A stretch of DNA of 32,000 nucleotides from the NCBI RefSeq assembly GCF_000023965.1, contig NC_013202.1:1440001-1472000 (forward strand). The letters are read 5' to 3'. The notes beneath the pieces are model-generated. The model did no database searches. It worked only from the letters and a program-made list of their open reading frames with translations, and was not told the DNA's origin. The DNA comes from Halomicrobium mukohataei DSM 12286 (GTDB lineage Archaea > Halobacteriota > Halobacteria > Halobacteriales > Haloarculaceae). A program made the translations under genes and the position numbers. Positions 23,007 to 30,525 of the stretch are shown piece after piece. Numbering within the stretch: position 1 is the stretch's first letter; the number at the start of each line of letters is the position of its first letter.

Positions 23007-25733
23007 CTACCCGACGATGACGACCGCGGTCTCGGTCTCGATCATCTCGCCGTCGCCCGAGTAGGTGCGGGCTTCCTCGATCTCGAACATCTCCGCGTCG
23101 AGGGTGACGCCAGCGACGTGCAGTCGACCGTCTTCGATCTCGTAGTCGCCCTGTGCGATGCCGGCCTCGATGTCGCCGACCTGGTTGCCGTACTCCGGTC
23201 CGACGATCGAGTAGTCGAGGTCGATGTCGCTGATCTCCGTCGTGATGTCGGGGGCGTCCGCGAGCAGTTCGAGATCGGCGACGTGCATGGCCTCGGCGAC
23301 GGCGTCTGCCAGCCCCTCGACGTGGCCGTACACCTGGACGTGGTCGAGATCCGCGTTCAGGGGCAGGCCGTTGTCCGTCTTGTACGTCCGCAGCGCGGAG
23401 ATGACCTCCATCGCCGTCTCGCCGGCTTCGAGGTCGGCGTCGTAGCCGCCGGGGGTCGGCCAGTCGGTCGTGTGGATGGAGCTGTCGCCCCCGGCGAGGC
23501 CCGCCCGGTCCGTGGAACCGTCGGTCCGGTAGATTCGATCCCACAGTTCCTCGGTGATGTGGGGGAGGAACGGCGCGAACAGCTTGAGGAAGGTGCGGTG
23601 GGCGCGGGTCAGCGCGAACTCCGTCGAGGCGCTGCCATCGCCCGAGAGGCGCTGTTTCGCGATCTCCAGGTAGTCGTCACAGAAGCTGTTCCAGAAGAAC
23701 GACCGGAGCTCGTTTCGCGCCTTCGAGAACTCGTAGGCCTCGAAGCGGTCCGTCACCGACTCGACCGTGGCGTCCAGTTCGGCGAGGAACCACTCGTCGA
23801 TGGGCGCGAGATCGCTCTCGTCGACGGGATCGACAGCCTCCGGGGCCGGCGCGAGCTGTTCGACCAGCCGCGAGGCGTTCCAGAGCTTCTGGAGCAGGCG
23901 CTCGCCGGCTTCGAGGTCGCCTTCCTTGTACGGGAAATCGTCGCCGATGGAGGTGCCGGCGGCCCAGTAGCGGGTCGCGTCGACCGGGAACTCTTCGAGC
24001 ACGTCGCTCGGGGGGATGACGTTGCCCTTCGACTTGGACATCGCCTCGCGGTTCTCGTCTAGCACCATCCCGTTGATCATCACGTTGTCGAACGGCACCT
24101 CGCCGGTGTGTTCGTAGCACTTGACGACGGTGTGGAACAGCCAGAACGAGATGATGTCGTGACCCTGTGGGCGCAGGTCGAACGAGTAGAGCTCGGGGTT
24201 CTCCATACTGAACGCTTCGGCCTCGGCATCCCAGTCCCACCCGGCGTTGACCAGCGGCGTCAGCGACGAGGTCGCCCACGTGTCGAACACGTCTTCTTCC
24301 GGCCGCAGGTCGTCGTGGCCACACTCGGGGCAGGCGTCGACGGGCGGCTCGTCCGAGAGCGGGTCGACGGGGAGGTCGGCCTTGTTCGCGGGGATCGGCT
24401 CCCCGCAGTCCTCGCAGTACCACACCGGAATCGGGATCCCCGAGTCTCGCTGGCGGGAGATACACCAGTCCCACTCCAGTCCCTCGATCCAGTGCTCGTA
24501 GCGGCTGAACATCTTCTCGGGGTGCCAGTCCATCTGGCGGCCCGCTTCGAGGTACTCGTCGGTCCGGTCGAGCATCTCGACGTACCACTGCTCGGTGACG
24601 AGATACTCCACCTCCGTCTCACAGCGCTCGTGGACCTGCACCGTGTGGTCGTGATCGCGCTGTTCGAGCAGGTACCCCTCGGCGTCGAGATCGGCGAGGA
24701 TGGCGTCGCGCGCGTCGCGAGTGCTCTGGCCCTGGTAGTCGCCGGCCACGTCGGTCATCGTCCCGGACTCGTCGATGGCGATCCGCAGCGGGAGGTCGTG
24801 TGCCTGGTACCACTCGATGTCGGTCTGGTCGCCGAAGGTACAGCACATGACGACGCCGCTGCCGGTCTCCAGATCGACTCGGTCGTCCTCGATGATGGGC
24901 ACCTCGTGACCGAACAGCGGGACGCGTGCGGTGCCGCCGACGAGGTGCTGGTTGGCGTCGTCGTCCGGGTGGACGAAAATCGACACACAGGCCGGCAGCA
25001 GCTCCGGCCGGGTCGTCGAGATCGTCAGCGTCTCGTCGTCGGCTGGTCCCGTCCCGTCCTCGACCAGCGGGAACGCGATGTCGTTGAACAGCGTCTCCTG
25101 GTGTTCGTCCTCCTGTTCGACCTGGGAGATCGCCGTCTCGCAGTCGGGACACCAGATCGTCGGCGCGCGCTGGCGGTACTCCCGGCCCTTCTCGTAGAGG
25201 TCGATAAAGGACAGCTGGGAGACCCGCTGGACGCGGGGCTCGATGGTCTTGTAGGTGTTGTCCCAGTCGACCGAGATCGCGAGCGACTGTACGTCCTCGG
25301 TGAACTCGGCCTCGTAGGTCTCACAGACCTCCCGACACTTCTCCTGGAACACCCGCCGCTCGAAGTCCTGGTGGCGAATCCCCTTCTCGCGCTCGGTCAG
25401 GCGCTCGGAGGCGATGCCGTTGTCGTCGTAGCCGAAAGGGAAGTAGACGGTGTCGTCGGCCATCCGGTGGTAGCGGGCCACGAAGTCCTGCAGCGTGAAC
25501 TGGTAGAGGTGGCCCATGTGGAGGTTGCCCGACACGGTCGGCGGGGGCGTGTCGATGCTGTATCGGGTGTCCGGGTCGACGGTCTCCCCCGATTCGGGCT
25601 CCTCGTAGGCGTAGGTCTCCGCTTCGACCCAGTGGTCCTGCCACCGGGGCTCGACGGCGTCGGGATCGTACTCTCCCTCGATCCCCTGTTGCTCTGCTGG
25701 CGATTCGTCGGTCGCGTCCTGTGTGTCACTCAT
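23007..25733 (-). CDS. valS: Valine--tRNA ligase
   Basis: 908 aa. 'TPPPTVSGNLHMGH' (HIGH region, ValRS-type context), 'AMSKSKGNV' (KMSKS), Zn-ribbon-like 'CPDCETA' and 'CEDCGEP...CPECGH' inserts, and a C-terminal anticodon-binding and coiled region. Confidence 0.9.
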   Translation of the reverse strand: MSDTQDATDESPAEQQGIEGEYDPDAVEPRWQDHWVEAETYAYEEPESGETVDPDTRYSIDTPPPTVSGNLHMGHLYQFTLQDFVARYHRMADDTVYFPFGYDDNGIASERLTEREKGIRHQDFERRVFQEKCREVCETYEAEFTEDVQSLAISVDWDNTYKTIEPRVQRVSQLSFIDLYEKGREYRQRAPTIWCPDCETAISQVEQEDEHQETLFNDIAFPLVEDGTGPADDETLTISTTRPELLPACVSIFVHPDDDANQHLVGGTARVPLFGHEVPIIEDDRVDLETGSGVVMCCTFGDQTDIEWYQAHDLPLRIAIDESGTMTDVAGDYQGQSTRDARDAILADLDAEGYLLEQRDHDHTVQVHERCETEVEYLVTEQWYVEMLDRTDEYLEAGRQMDWHPEKMFSRYEHWIEGLEWDWCISRQRDSGIPIPVWYCEDCGEPIPANKADLPVDPLSDEPPVDACPECGHDDLRPEEDVFDTWATSSLTPLVNAGWDWDAEAEAFSMENPELYSFDLRPQGHDIISFWLFHTVVKCYEHTGEVPFDNVMINGMVLDENREAMSKSKGNVIPPSDVLEEFPVDATRYWAAGTSIGDDFPYKEGDLEAGERLLQKLWNASRLVEQLAPAPEAVDPVDESDLAPIDEWFLAELDATVESVTDRFEAYEFSKARNELRSFFWNSFCDDYLEIAKQRLSGDGSASTEFALTRAHRTFLKLFAPFLPHITEELWDRIYRTDGSTDRAGLAGGDSSIHTTDWPTPGGYDADLEAGETAMEVISALRTYKTDNGLPLNADLDHVQVYGHVEGLADAVAEAMHVADLELLADAPDITTEISDIDLDYSIVGPEYGNQVGDIEAGIAQGDYEIEDGRLHVAGVTLDAEMFEIEEARTYSGDGEMIETETAVVIVG

Positions 25734-26084
25734 GGGTTCTGTCGGTCGCTGTCGGCGTGATCGGAAAGCGGTGCGAGCGTCGAGCGGAGTGAGTTAGTGG
25801 GGCGTAGCCGCCCCTACTACGGGCCGGAGAACGAGCGCAGTGGGTGCTCGACGCATCATCTGCTGTGATCGTACACTCAGACGGTTCCTAATGGCTTCGG
25901 TTTCGAACGGGGCCGTGTCTGGGTAGTGTCCTGACGCTCGGTAGTGTGCCCAGGCCCTGAGGCGGTGTCGCACGGTAACACGGTGATTTCAGTCCGTCGA
26001 GAGACTGACGCACAGCGAACTCATCGGTTCGACTATTCGACTACCGTAGACCACTGGTCGTCTCCATTGAATTTTACATTCCAC

Positions 26085-26094
26085 AAATTAAATA
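26085..26094 (+). promoter_or_regulatory. AT-rich TATA-like box 'AAATTAAATA' upstream of M48 peptidase gene
   Basis: About 30 nt upstream of ATG 26120. A second candidate 'ATTTTACATT' lies at 26071-26080, and a GGAGG at 26102-26106 lies 14 nt upstream of the ATG. These three signals are mutually ambiguous. Confidence 0.35.
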
Positions 26095-26119
26095 CGATAC
26101 AGGAGGAGAGAATGAGACA

Positions 26120-27826
26120 ATGACGAACAGATCTCTCCTCGCCGCCGTCTGTCTACTGTTGTGTCTTAGCGCCGGCCCACTCGTAACCAGTGCCGACGAG
26201 GACATACGTCCTCCAGACGAAGATGCAGTCGTCATCGATATCGACCCCGCTGGATCAGACACGGTGACACTGTTCTTCCAGACCGGCCCGACCTACGAAC
26301 CCACCGAACGGGCGCGAGAACGTGCCGAGGACGCCGATATACCGGTGATAGATATTCGCACGAGAGAAGTCGACGCGGTGCAGACTGTTCGGATCAACGG
26401 TAATCTGGTGGAGGGTGGTCCTCTCTACGAGACGACGATCGAGACGGATCTCGGTCGTCAGACGGGCGTTCTCCAGCGAGAGATGACCAGCGAAACTATC
26501 CGGGGACTGACCGTCGAGGAGTCGACGGTTATCGTCGATGTGCCGACGGGCGCGACGGTACACCCGGCGTCCCAGCAGTCACACTCGTTCGGCCGGGAAC
26601 GATACGGTGTCGACGGTCGGCCGTGGCTGTCCGGCGATGGGATCACCTACGGTGTCGGACCGATCGATCTCGCTCTCCTCTGTGGACTCCTCGTCGGCTC
26701 GTTTCTCGTACCCTACCTGTTCTTCCGAAGATGGGGTCGTTCGATCGCCGGCTGTGACGAGTCGCTTGCCGAGCGCGTCCACTCTGTGAGGGAAACACGA
26801 AGTATCGCGGCGTTCTATGGACCTGTGGTCCCGCTCGTGGCAGCACTATGGTTCGGTGCGTTCGCACCGATCGAGTTCTTGACCGCATCGATACTCTCAG
26901 CGAGTCCATCGGGAACGTGGTGGACAGTGACACTGTGGTTCGTCGCGTTCACACCGTTCGCCTGTGTCACTTGGCTCGGTTCGACGCTGGCGACCACTCC
27001 GATCTATCGGAGACTGGTCGACGCTCCGTACGATCGTCGTCGCGTCCTCGTCACGTGGAGTAAATCGACCGTCATTACCGTAGTCTGGTACTGGCTCGTC
27101 GTCGTCGTCCTGTACAGTTTCTCATCTCGGATTGTCGATTATCCTGCCGTCGGAGCACTGCTCGTCGGCCTCCTGCTCGTCGTCAGAGCCGGAGTAACAC
27201 CGGCCCTGGTGGTGCTTGCCAACGGCATCGACTCGGTGACAGACGAAGTGGCGGCCGATATCAGAGAACTCTGTGACGACGTGGGCATCGATGTCCGTGG
27301 CGTTTATCGGCTCGAAACCGGCGACAGTCCTCAGATGAACGGACACCTCACCGGCCTCCCGGGTCTCTACTGGATCTTCGTCACCGACGACCTCTTGGAG
27401 CAGTGTGACTCGGCACAGATACGAGCGGTAGTAGCACACGAGATCGGCCACCTCCGGGGCTATCACATCCCCAAGCGGATCTTGTTCTCGGTCGGATACT
27501 GGTTCGTCGGATTCACTGCGTACTCGGTGGTACCGAGCATCTGGTTGCTGTTGATCGCCGTGGCCTTCTATCGCTTCTACGCACTGGGGTGGGTCACAAC
27601 AGCCCAAGAGTACGCCGCCGACGCGTACGCAGCCTCCGCGACGAGTCCCGAGACCGTCGTCAGCATGCTGGAACGTCTCGCACAGTTCAATATAATGAAA
27701 AGGGATAGGGGGCGTCAAAAAGACCTCGCGAACGGACATCCGTCCATTCAGAAGCGTATCACACAGCTCCGAGACGATGCCGCAATTTCCGGAGACGACC
27801 CTGACGGAGATCCCGGAGATGCCTGA
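26120..27826 (+). CDS. Membrane M48-family zinc metallopeptidase (HtpX/Ste24-like) with N-terminal extracytoplasmic domain
   Basis: Signal peptide 'MTNRSLLAAVCLLLCLSAGPLVTSA', a soluble domain of about 170 aa, at least 6 TM segments, 'HEIGHL' (HExxH), a downstream 'EYAADAYA' and 'GHPSIQKRITQL'. GC is clearly lower than in neighbouring genes. Confidence 0.85.
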   Translation: MTNRSLLAAVCLLLCLSAGPLVTSADEDIRPPDEDAVVIDIDPAGSDTVTLFFQTGPTYEPTERARERAEDADIPVIDIRTREVDAVQTVRINGNLVEGGPLYETTIETDLGRQTGVLQREMTSETIRGLTVEESTVIVDVPTGATVHPASQQSHSFGRERYGVDGRPWLSGDGITYGVGPIDLALLCGLLVGSFLVPYLFFRRWGRSIAGCDESLAERVHSVRETRSIAAFYGPVVPLVAALWFGAFAPIEFLTASILSASPSGTWWTVTLWFVAFTPFACVTWLGSTLATTPIYRRLVDAPYDRRRVLVTWSKSTVITVVWYWLVVVVLYSFSSRIVDYPAVGALLVGLLLVVRAGVTPALVVLANGIDSVTDEVAADIRELCDDVGIDVRGVYRLETGDSPQMNGHLTGLPGLYWIFVTDDLLEQCDSAQIRAVVAHEIGHLRGYHIPKRILFSVGYWFVGFTAYSVVPSIWLLLIAVAFYRFYALGWVTTAQEYAADAYAASATSPETVVSMLERLAQFNIMKRDRGRQKDLANGHPSIQKRITQLRDDAAISGDDPDGDPGDA

Positions 27827-27829
27827 CGT

Positions 27830-28756
27830 TTAGGTGTCCTCTCGGTCCCCGTGGGCGCGCACCCACAGCTCCCCGATCCGCGACAGGCGCGTCCGGTAGG
27901 ATTTCCCGTGTTCCTCCTGCTCGATGTAGCCTTTCCCGCCCGGCCCCAGTCGGTCGACGTTGTAGATCACCTTCGACCGGAAGCTGTCGGTGTACTCCTC
28001 GCCCATGTCGCGGGCCAGCGCCTGTGCCAGCTCCGAGACCGACTCGAACTCGCCGTGTTCGCCGAGCGTAAAGAGGATGACCTCCTCGAAGGGCTTGACG
28101 TTCGAGAAGGAGGCGACTGGGAGCTCGACGACGTGGCTGCCGTCGATCTCCTTGGCTCCGATGGTGGTCCCGCGCTCGTCGAACTCGTCCAGTAGATCCC
28201 GGGCGGAGTCGAGACGAGCCGTGACGCGCTCACCGAGGTCCTCGTCGACCTCGTCCGGCGCGATTCCGTCGGCCTCCGCCTTCAGCTCCTCCAGCAGATC
28301 GTTCTGGCGGCGCAGCTCCTCGGCCAGCTCCGTTTCGAGGTACTTCTCGGGGACGGTGTAGTACGTGTGGATGCGGTCTCGGTCGCCCTCTCGTTCGACC
28401 ATGATCGAGTGCGACGCCGTCGCGAAGGCAAAGGAGACGGTCCGGGGCATCGCGGAGATGTTGACCCACACCTCGTTGCCCTCGTCGAGCTCGGCGTTGA
28501 TCAGCTCGAATGCCTGCTCGAAGGCCGCGTCGTAGTCGTACACGTCCTCGATGACGAACCGCTCGGTAGTCGCCCCCAGCAGGTTCTGGTAGTCCGTCTC
28601 CAGTTTCTCGGCGAGATGCTGGGAGTACTCGACGTTGGCCTCGCTACCGACGGCTCCCTCCAATAGAATGACGTGGTCCACGTCCAGTTGCTCGCGCACG
28701 AGCGGCGCGATGAGCCGGTCGTAGTCGAACCCGACCGGGACGATGTGGGTCTGCAT
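27830..28756 (-). CDS. Csa3/CARF-like N-terminal domain + C-terminal wHTH transcriptional regulator
   Basis: ATG 28756 ('MQTHIVPVGFDYDRLIAPLVREQLDVDHVILLEG'). 'VWVNISAMPRTVSFAFATA' parallels the Csa3 'DLTMGMR' loop. Central acidic coiled linker. The C-terminal 'FEEVILFTLGEHGEFESVSELAQALARDMG...YNVDRLGPGGKGYIEQ' is wHTH-like. The upstream 85 codons of the listed ORF are non-coding-like. Confidence 0.8.
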   Translation of the reverse strand: MQTHIVPVGFDYDRLIAPLVREQLDVDHVILLEGAVGSEANVEYSQHLAEKLETDYQNLLGATTERFVIEDVYDYDAAFEQAFELINAELDEGNEVWVNISAMPRTVSFAFATASHSIMVEREGDRDRIHTYYTVPEKYLETELAEELRRQNDLLEELKAEADGIAPDEVDEDLGERVTARLDSARDLLDEFDERGTTIGAKEIDGSHVVELPVASFSNVKPFEEVILFTLGEHGEFESVSELAQALARDMGEEYTDSFRSKVIYNVDRLGPGGKGYIEQEEHGKSYRTRLSRIGELWVRAHGDREDT

Positions 28757-29110
28757 GTCCACCGCTACTCGTGTCGAGGGCAAAAGAGTAGCTTCTCGCG
28801 TGTGTCGGGGCGGTCGACACTGTCGTTTGCGGGCCGCCGCGAGCAAGAGTGTGCGGTATCTGACACTCACGTTTCCGGGGTCGCCCTCCTCTGAGCGCGA
28901 AGACGCGCTGGTTCCGGGCCTCGACGTCGACCACGGGACGATCTGTACGTCTTCGTTCACTCCCGGCCGAGTGCGGAGCTGGCAGAGTTGCTCCGAATCG
29001 TCGAGCGCCACCGGCTGATCGTCGAGCTACACGACAACCTCTCGTTTGCTCCCTCGATCACGCTTCGTCCAGACGGTCCCGTCGAGATGACGGTCCGCCG
29101 TCGTGACTGA

Positions 29111-29189
29111 TACGGATTATTGTAGCCATTTGCCGGTGATCGTCTACTCCGTGGCGACGATCACCGGTAAGCAACTACAATAAACCGTA
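29111..29189 (+). mobile_element. Hairpin element A, copy 2 (79 nt, MITE-like)
   Basis: 76/79 identical to copy 1 with no indels. Flanked by direct TGA (29108-29110) and TGA (29190-29192). It lies 39 nt downstream of the stop of the pilin-like gene (minus strand). Confidence 0.75.
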
Positions 29190-29228
29190 TGAGAAAGAGT
29201 GCGGCACCGACCGCCGGGGTGCAAAGCG

Positions 29229-29798
29229 TCACTGGCTCGTCGCGGTCAACGTCTTCGTGATCGGAACCGACTCCGTCGGCGTGTGAACGACGCGGACGGT
29301 GATCTCCTCGGCTTTCTCGATCGTACAGTCCGTATCGGGAATACGGAACGCGATCTGATCGCTGGCCGTGTACTCCGATCCGTGGATCGCGTTCTCGTCG
29401 GGCGTGCCGTCGCTGTTGTACGACCGCTCGTCGAAGATGTCGTCGCCCTCGATGTTGGCGGGACCGATCGCCTTACCGCCGTACCGGTCGACGGGGAGAT
29501 TCACGAGCCGCCCCTTCTTGCCGCAGGCGTCGGTCGCGTCGACGACGACCTCCATCTCGGGGACCGGGATCCGGTCGCCTGCGACGTGGGTGAGGCGGAC
29601 GATGCCGTTGCCGTCACCCACAGTGTTCGCTTCGAGCGTGCCACTGGACTGGCCGACGACGGGTCCCGGCTTGGTCGCCTCCTCGGCGAACCCGAGCGCG
29701 AACACCGAGACGGTCGCGGCCAGGATAACGACGACTGCGACCAGCAGGACGTTCGCTACCACCGGGGAAACGGCGCGACCGGATCGAGACGACATCAT
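29229..29798 (-). CDS. Archaeal type IV pilin-like protein (class III signal peptide, DUF1628-type N-terminus)
   Basis: ATG 29798 ('MMSSRSGRAVSPVVANVLLVAVVVILAATVSVFALGF'). The 'RAVSPV' plus hydrophobic helix is the archaeal prepilin/archaellin-like N-terminal domain. The listed start at 29807 is a TTG. Confidence 0.8.
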   Translation of the reverse strand: MMSSRSGRAVSPVVANVLLVAVVVILAATVSVFALGFAEEATKPGPVVGQSSGTLEANTVGDGNGIVRLTHVAGDRIPVPEMEVVVDATDACGKKGRLVNLPVDRYGGKAIGPANIEGDDIFDERSYNSDGTPDENAIHGSEYTASDQIAFRIPDTDCTIEKAEEITVRVVHTPTESVPITKTLTATSQ

Positions 29799-29824
29799 GT
29801 TCGGCAATTCAGCAAAGCTAACAC

Positions 29825-29830
29825 AAAAAA
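29825..29830 (-). promoter_or_regulatory. T6 tract on minus strand: TATA-like box for pilin-like gene and/or oligo-U terminator of DUF2892 gene
   Basis: The minus strand reads 'GGAATTTTTTGTGTT', 27-32 nt upstream of ATG 29798 and about 89 nt downstream of the 29919 stop. Confidence 0.3.
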
Positions 29831-29918
29831 TTCCGTCTCCGGTTATCGGTCGTGAGCACGAAGTAACAGAACGACTGTAATTCGTTGACTGTCCGTCGGT
29901 GAGGCGTCCGCGACAGTG

Positions 29919-30299
29919 TCAGTGACAACGATCGTGGACGATCTCGCCGCCCTCGTCGGGGCCGCGACGCTCGCCGGGGACGATCGGCTCGCCGCAGTCG
30001 GCACAGGTGAGTCCGCCGTCGTCGGACGCGTCCTCGACGACGGTCTCCGTGTCCTCGCCTCGCAGTTCGTCGATGTCGACGGTGACCTCGTCGCCGGTCG
30101 TGTCGATGCCGAGCGCGTCGTTGAGCCCGCAGTACTTCGTCGTGGCGTTGAATCCGAAGGCCAGTGCGCCGATCCCGGCGAGCAGACCGCGCAGTCGCTT
30201 GCCGTTCCGGAGCGACCGAAGCGCTGCGACACTCAGCACGACCGCCAGTAGCGCGCGTGCGATCCGATCACGGCCGCCAACGTTGTCCGTTGAATCCAT
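29919..30299 (-). CDS. DUF2892 (YgaP-like) membrane protein with C-terminal zinc-ribbon
   Basis: 'GGRDRIARALLAVVLSVAALRSLRNGKRLRGLLAGIGALAFGFNATTKYCGLNDALG' matches the DUF2892 two-TM pattern. The C-terminal 'CADCGEPIV...HDRCH' is a CxxC...CH metal site. Confidence 0.8.
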   Translation of the reverse strand: MDSTDNVGGRDRIARALLAVVLSVAALRSLRNGKRLRGLLAGIGALAFGFNATTKYCGLNDALGIDTTGDEVTVDIDELRGEDTETVVEDASDDGGLTCADCGEPIVPGERRGPDEGGEIVHDRCH

Positions 30300-30365
30300 A
30301 CTCGAATAGTTGGGTTCGACGCTCTTGTATCTTCACCTATGGGTCTCGGACGACCGGTAGTGTCG

Positions 30366-30444
30366 TACGGATTATTGTAGCGATGTACCGGTGATCGTCT
30401 ACCCCGTGGCGACGATCGCCGGTACGCAACTACAACAAGCCGTA
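30366..30444 (+). mobile_element. Hairpin element A, copy 3 (79 nt, MITE-like, most diverged)
   Basis: 72/79 identical to copy 1 with no indels. Flanked by TCG (30363-30365) and TCA (30445-30447). It shows a compensatory T-A to G-C change at element positions 20/60 (nt 30385/30425). Confidence 0.75.
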
Positions 30445-30447
30445 TCA

Positions 30448-30525
30448 TACTGCCGGCTGTAAGTCTGTATAGAATTTCGCGACCGCATTGTCGCGAATAT
30501 CTTGAAACAGTTACAGCCGGCAGTA
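30448..30525. mobile_element. Hairpin element C (78 nt, MITE-like), tandem to A copy 3
   Basis: Perfect 15-bp terminal inverted repeat 'TACTGCCGGCTGTAA'/'TTACAGCCGGCAGTA'. Inner 8-bp stem 'TTCGCGAC'/'GTCGCGAA' (30476-30483 / 30490-30497). Flanked by TCA (30445-30447) and TCA (30526-30528), the latter being the symporter stop codon. Confidence 0.7.

Noticed and set aside
21799-23544. Full 581-aa extent of the listed ORF for the beta-helix-like protein, and the full extents of ORFs 2856..4679, 913..1911, 19808..21127 and 27830..29011
   Set aside because: The upstream portions are R/G-rich and overlap neighbouring genes or promoters. Internal starts give proper signal peptides or conserved N-termini, so I trimmed the calls to 22824, 3183, 1003, 20782 and 28756.
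24108-25760. 550-aa plus-strand ORF, and other ORFs, antisense to or frame-shifted within valS
   Set aside because: valS on the minus strand carries HIGH/KMSKS motifs along its full length. The antisense product is V/L/G/R/D-rich, without motifs.
25899-25910. 'GGTTTCGAACGG', a T-arm-like motif suggesting a tRNA in the valS/M48 spacer. 'TTCGACTATTCGACTA' at about 26025-26040 was also checked.
   Set aside because: I could build no acceptor, D or anticodon stems around it. The second motif is only an 8-nt tandem duplication. I found no tRNA or rRNA anywhere in the window.
28895-29110. 72-codon open frame on the plus strand ending exactly at the TGA that forms the left duplication of element A copy 2 ('...AELAELLRIVERHRLIVELHDNLSFAPSITLRPDGPVEMTVRRRD')
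   Set aside because: It is tempting as a third case of insertion at a stop codon, but it has no ATG or GTG start. Only a TTG at 28988 is available, giving about 40 aa, and the ATG at 29087 gives 7 aa. Its N-terminus is R-rich, and a frame of this length is unremarkable at this GC content. It could be a gene remnant, but the sequence does not support that.
11601-30444. Whether the three identical-length repeats could be a CRISPR array or tandem repeat locus
   Set aside because: The copies are 17.5 kb and 1.2 kb apart, are separated by ordinary genes, are 79 nt long and are strongly self-complementary, and no cas genes are present. This is not CRISPR-like.
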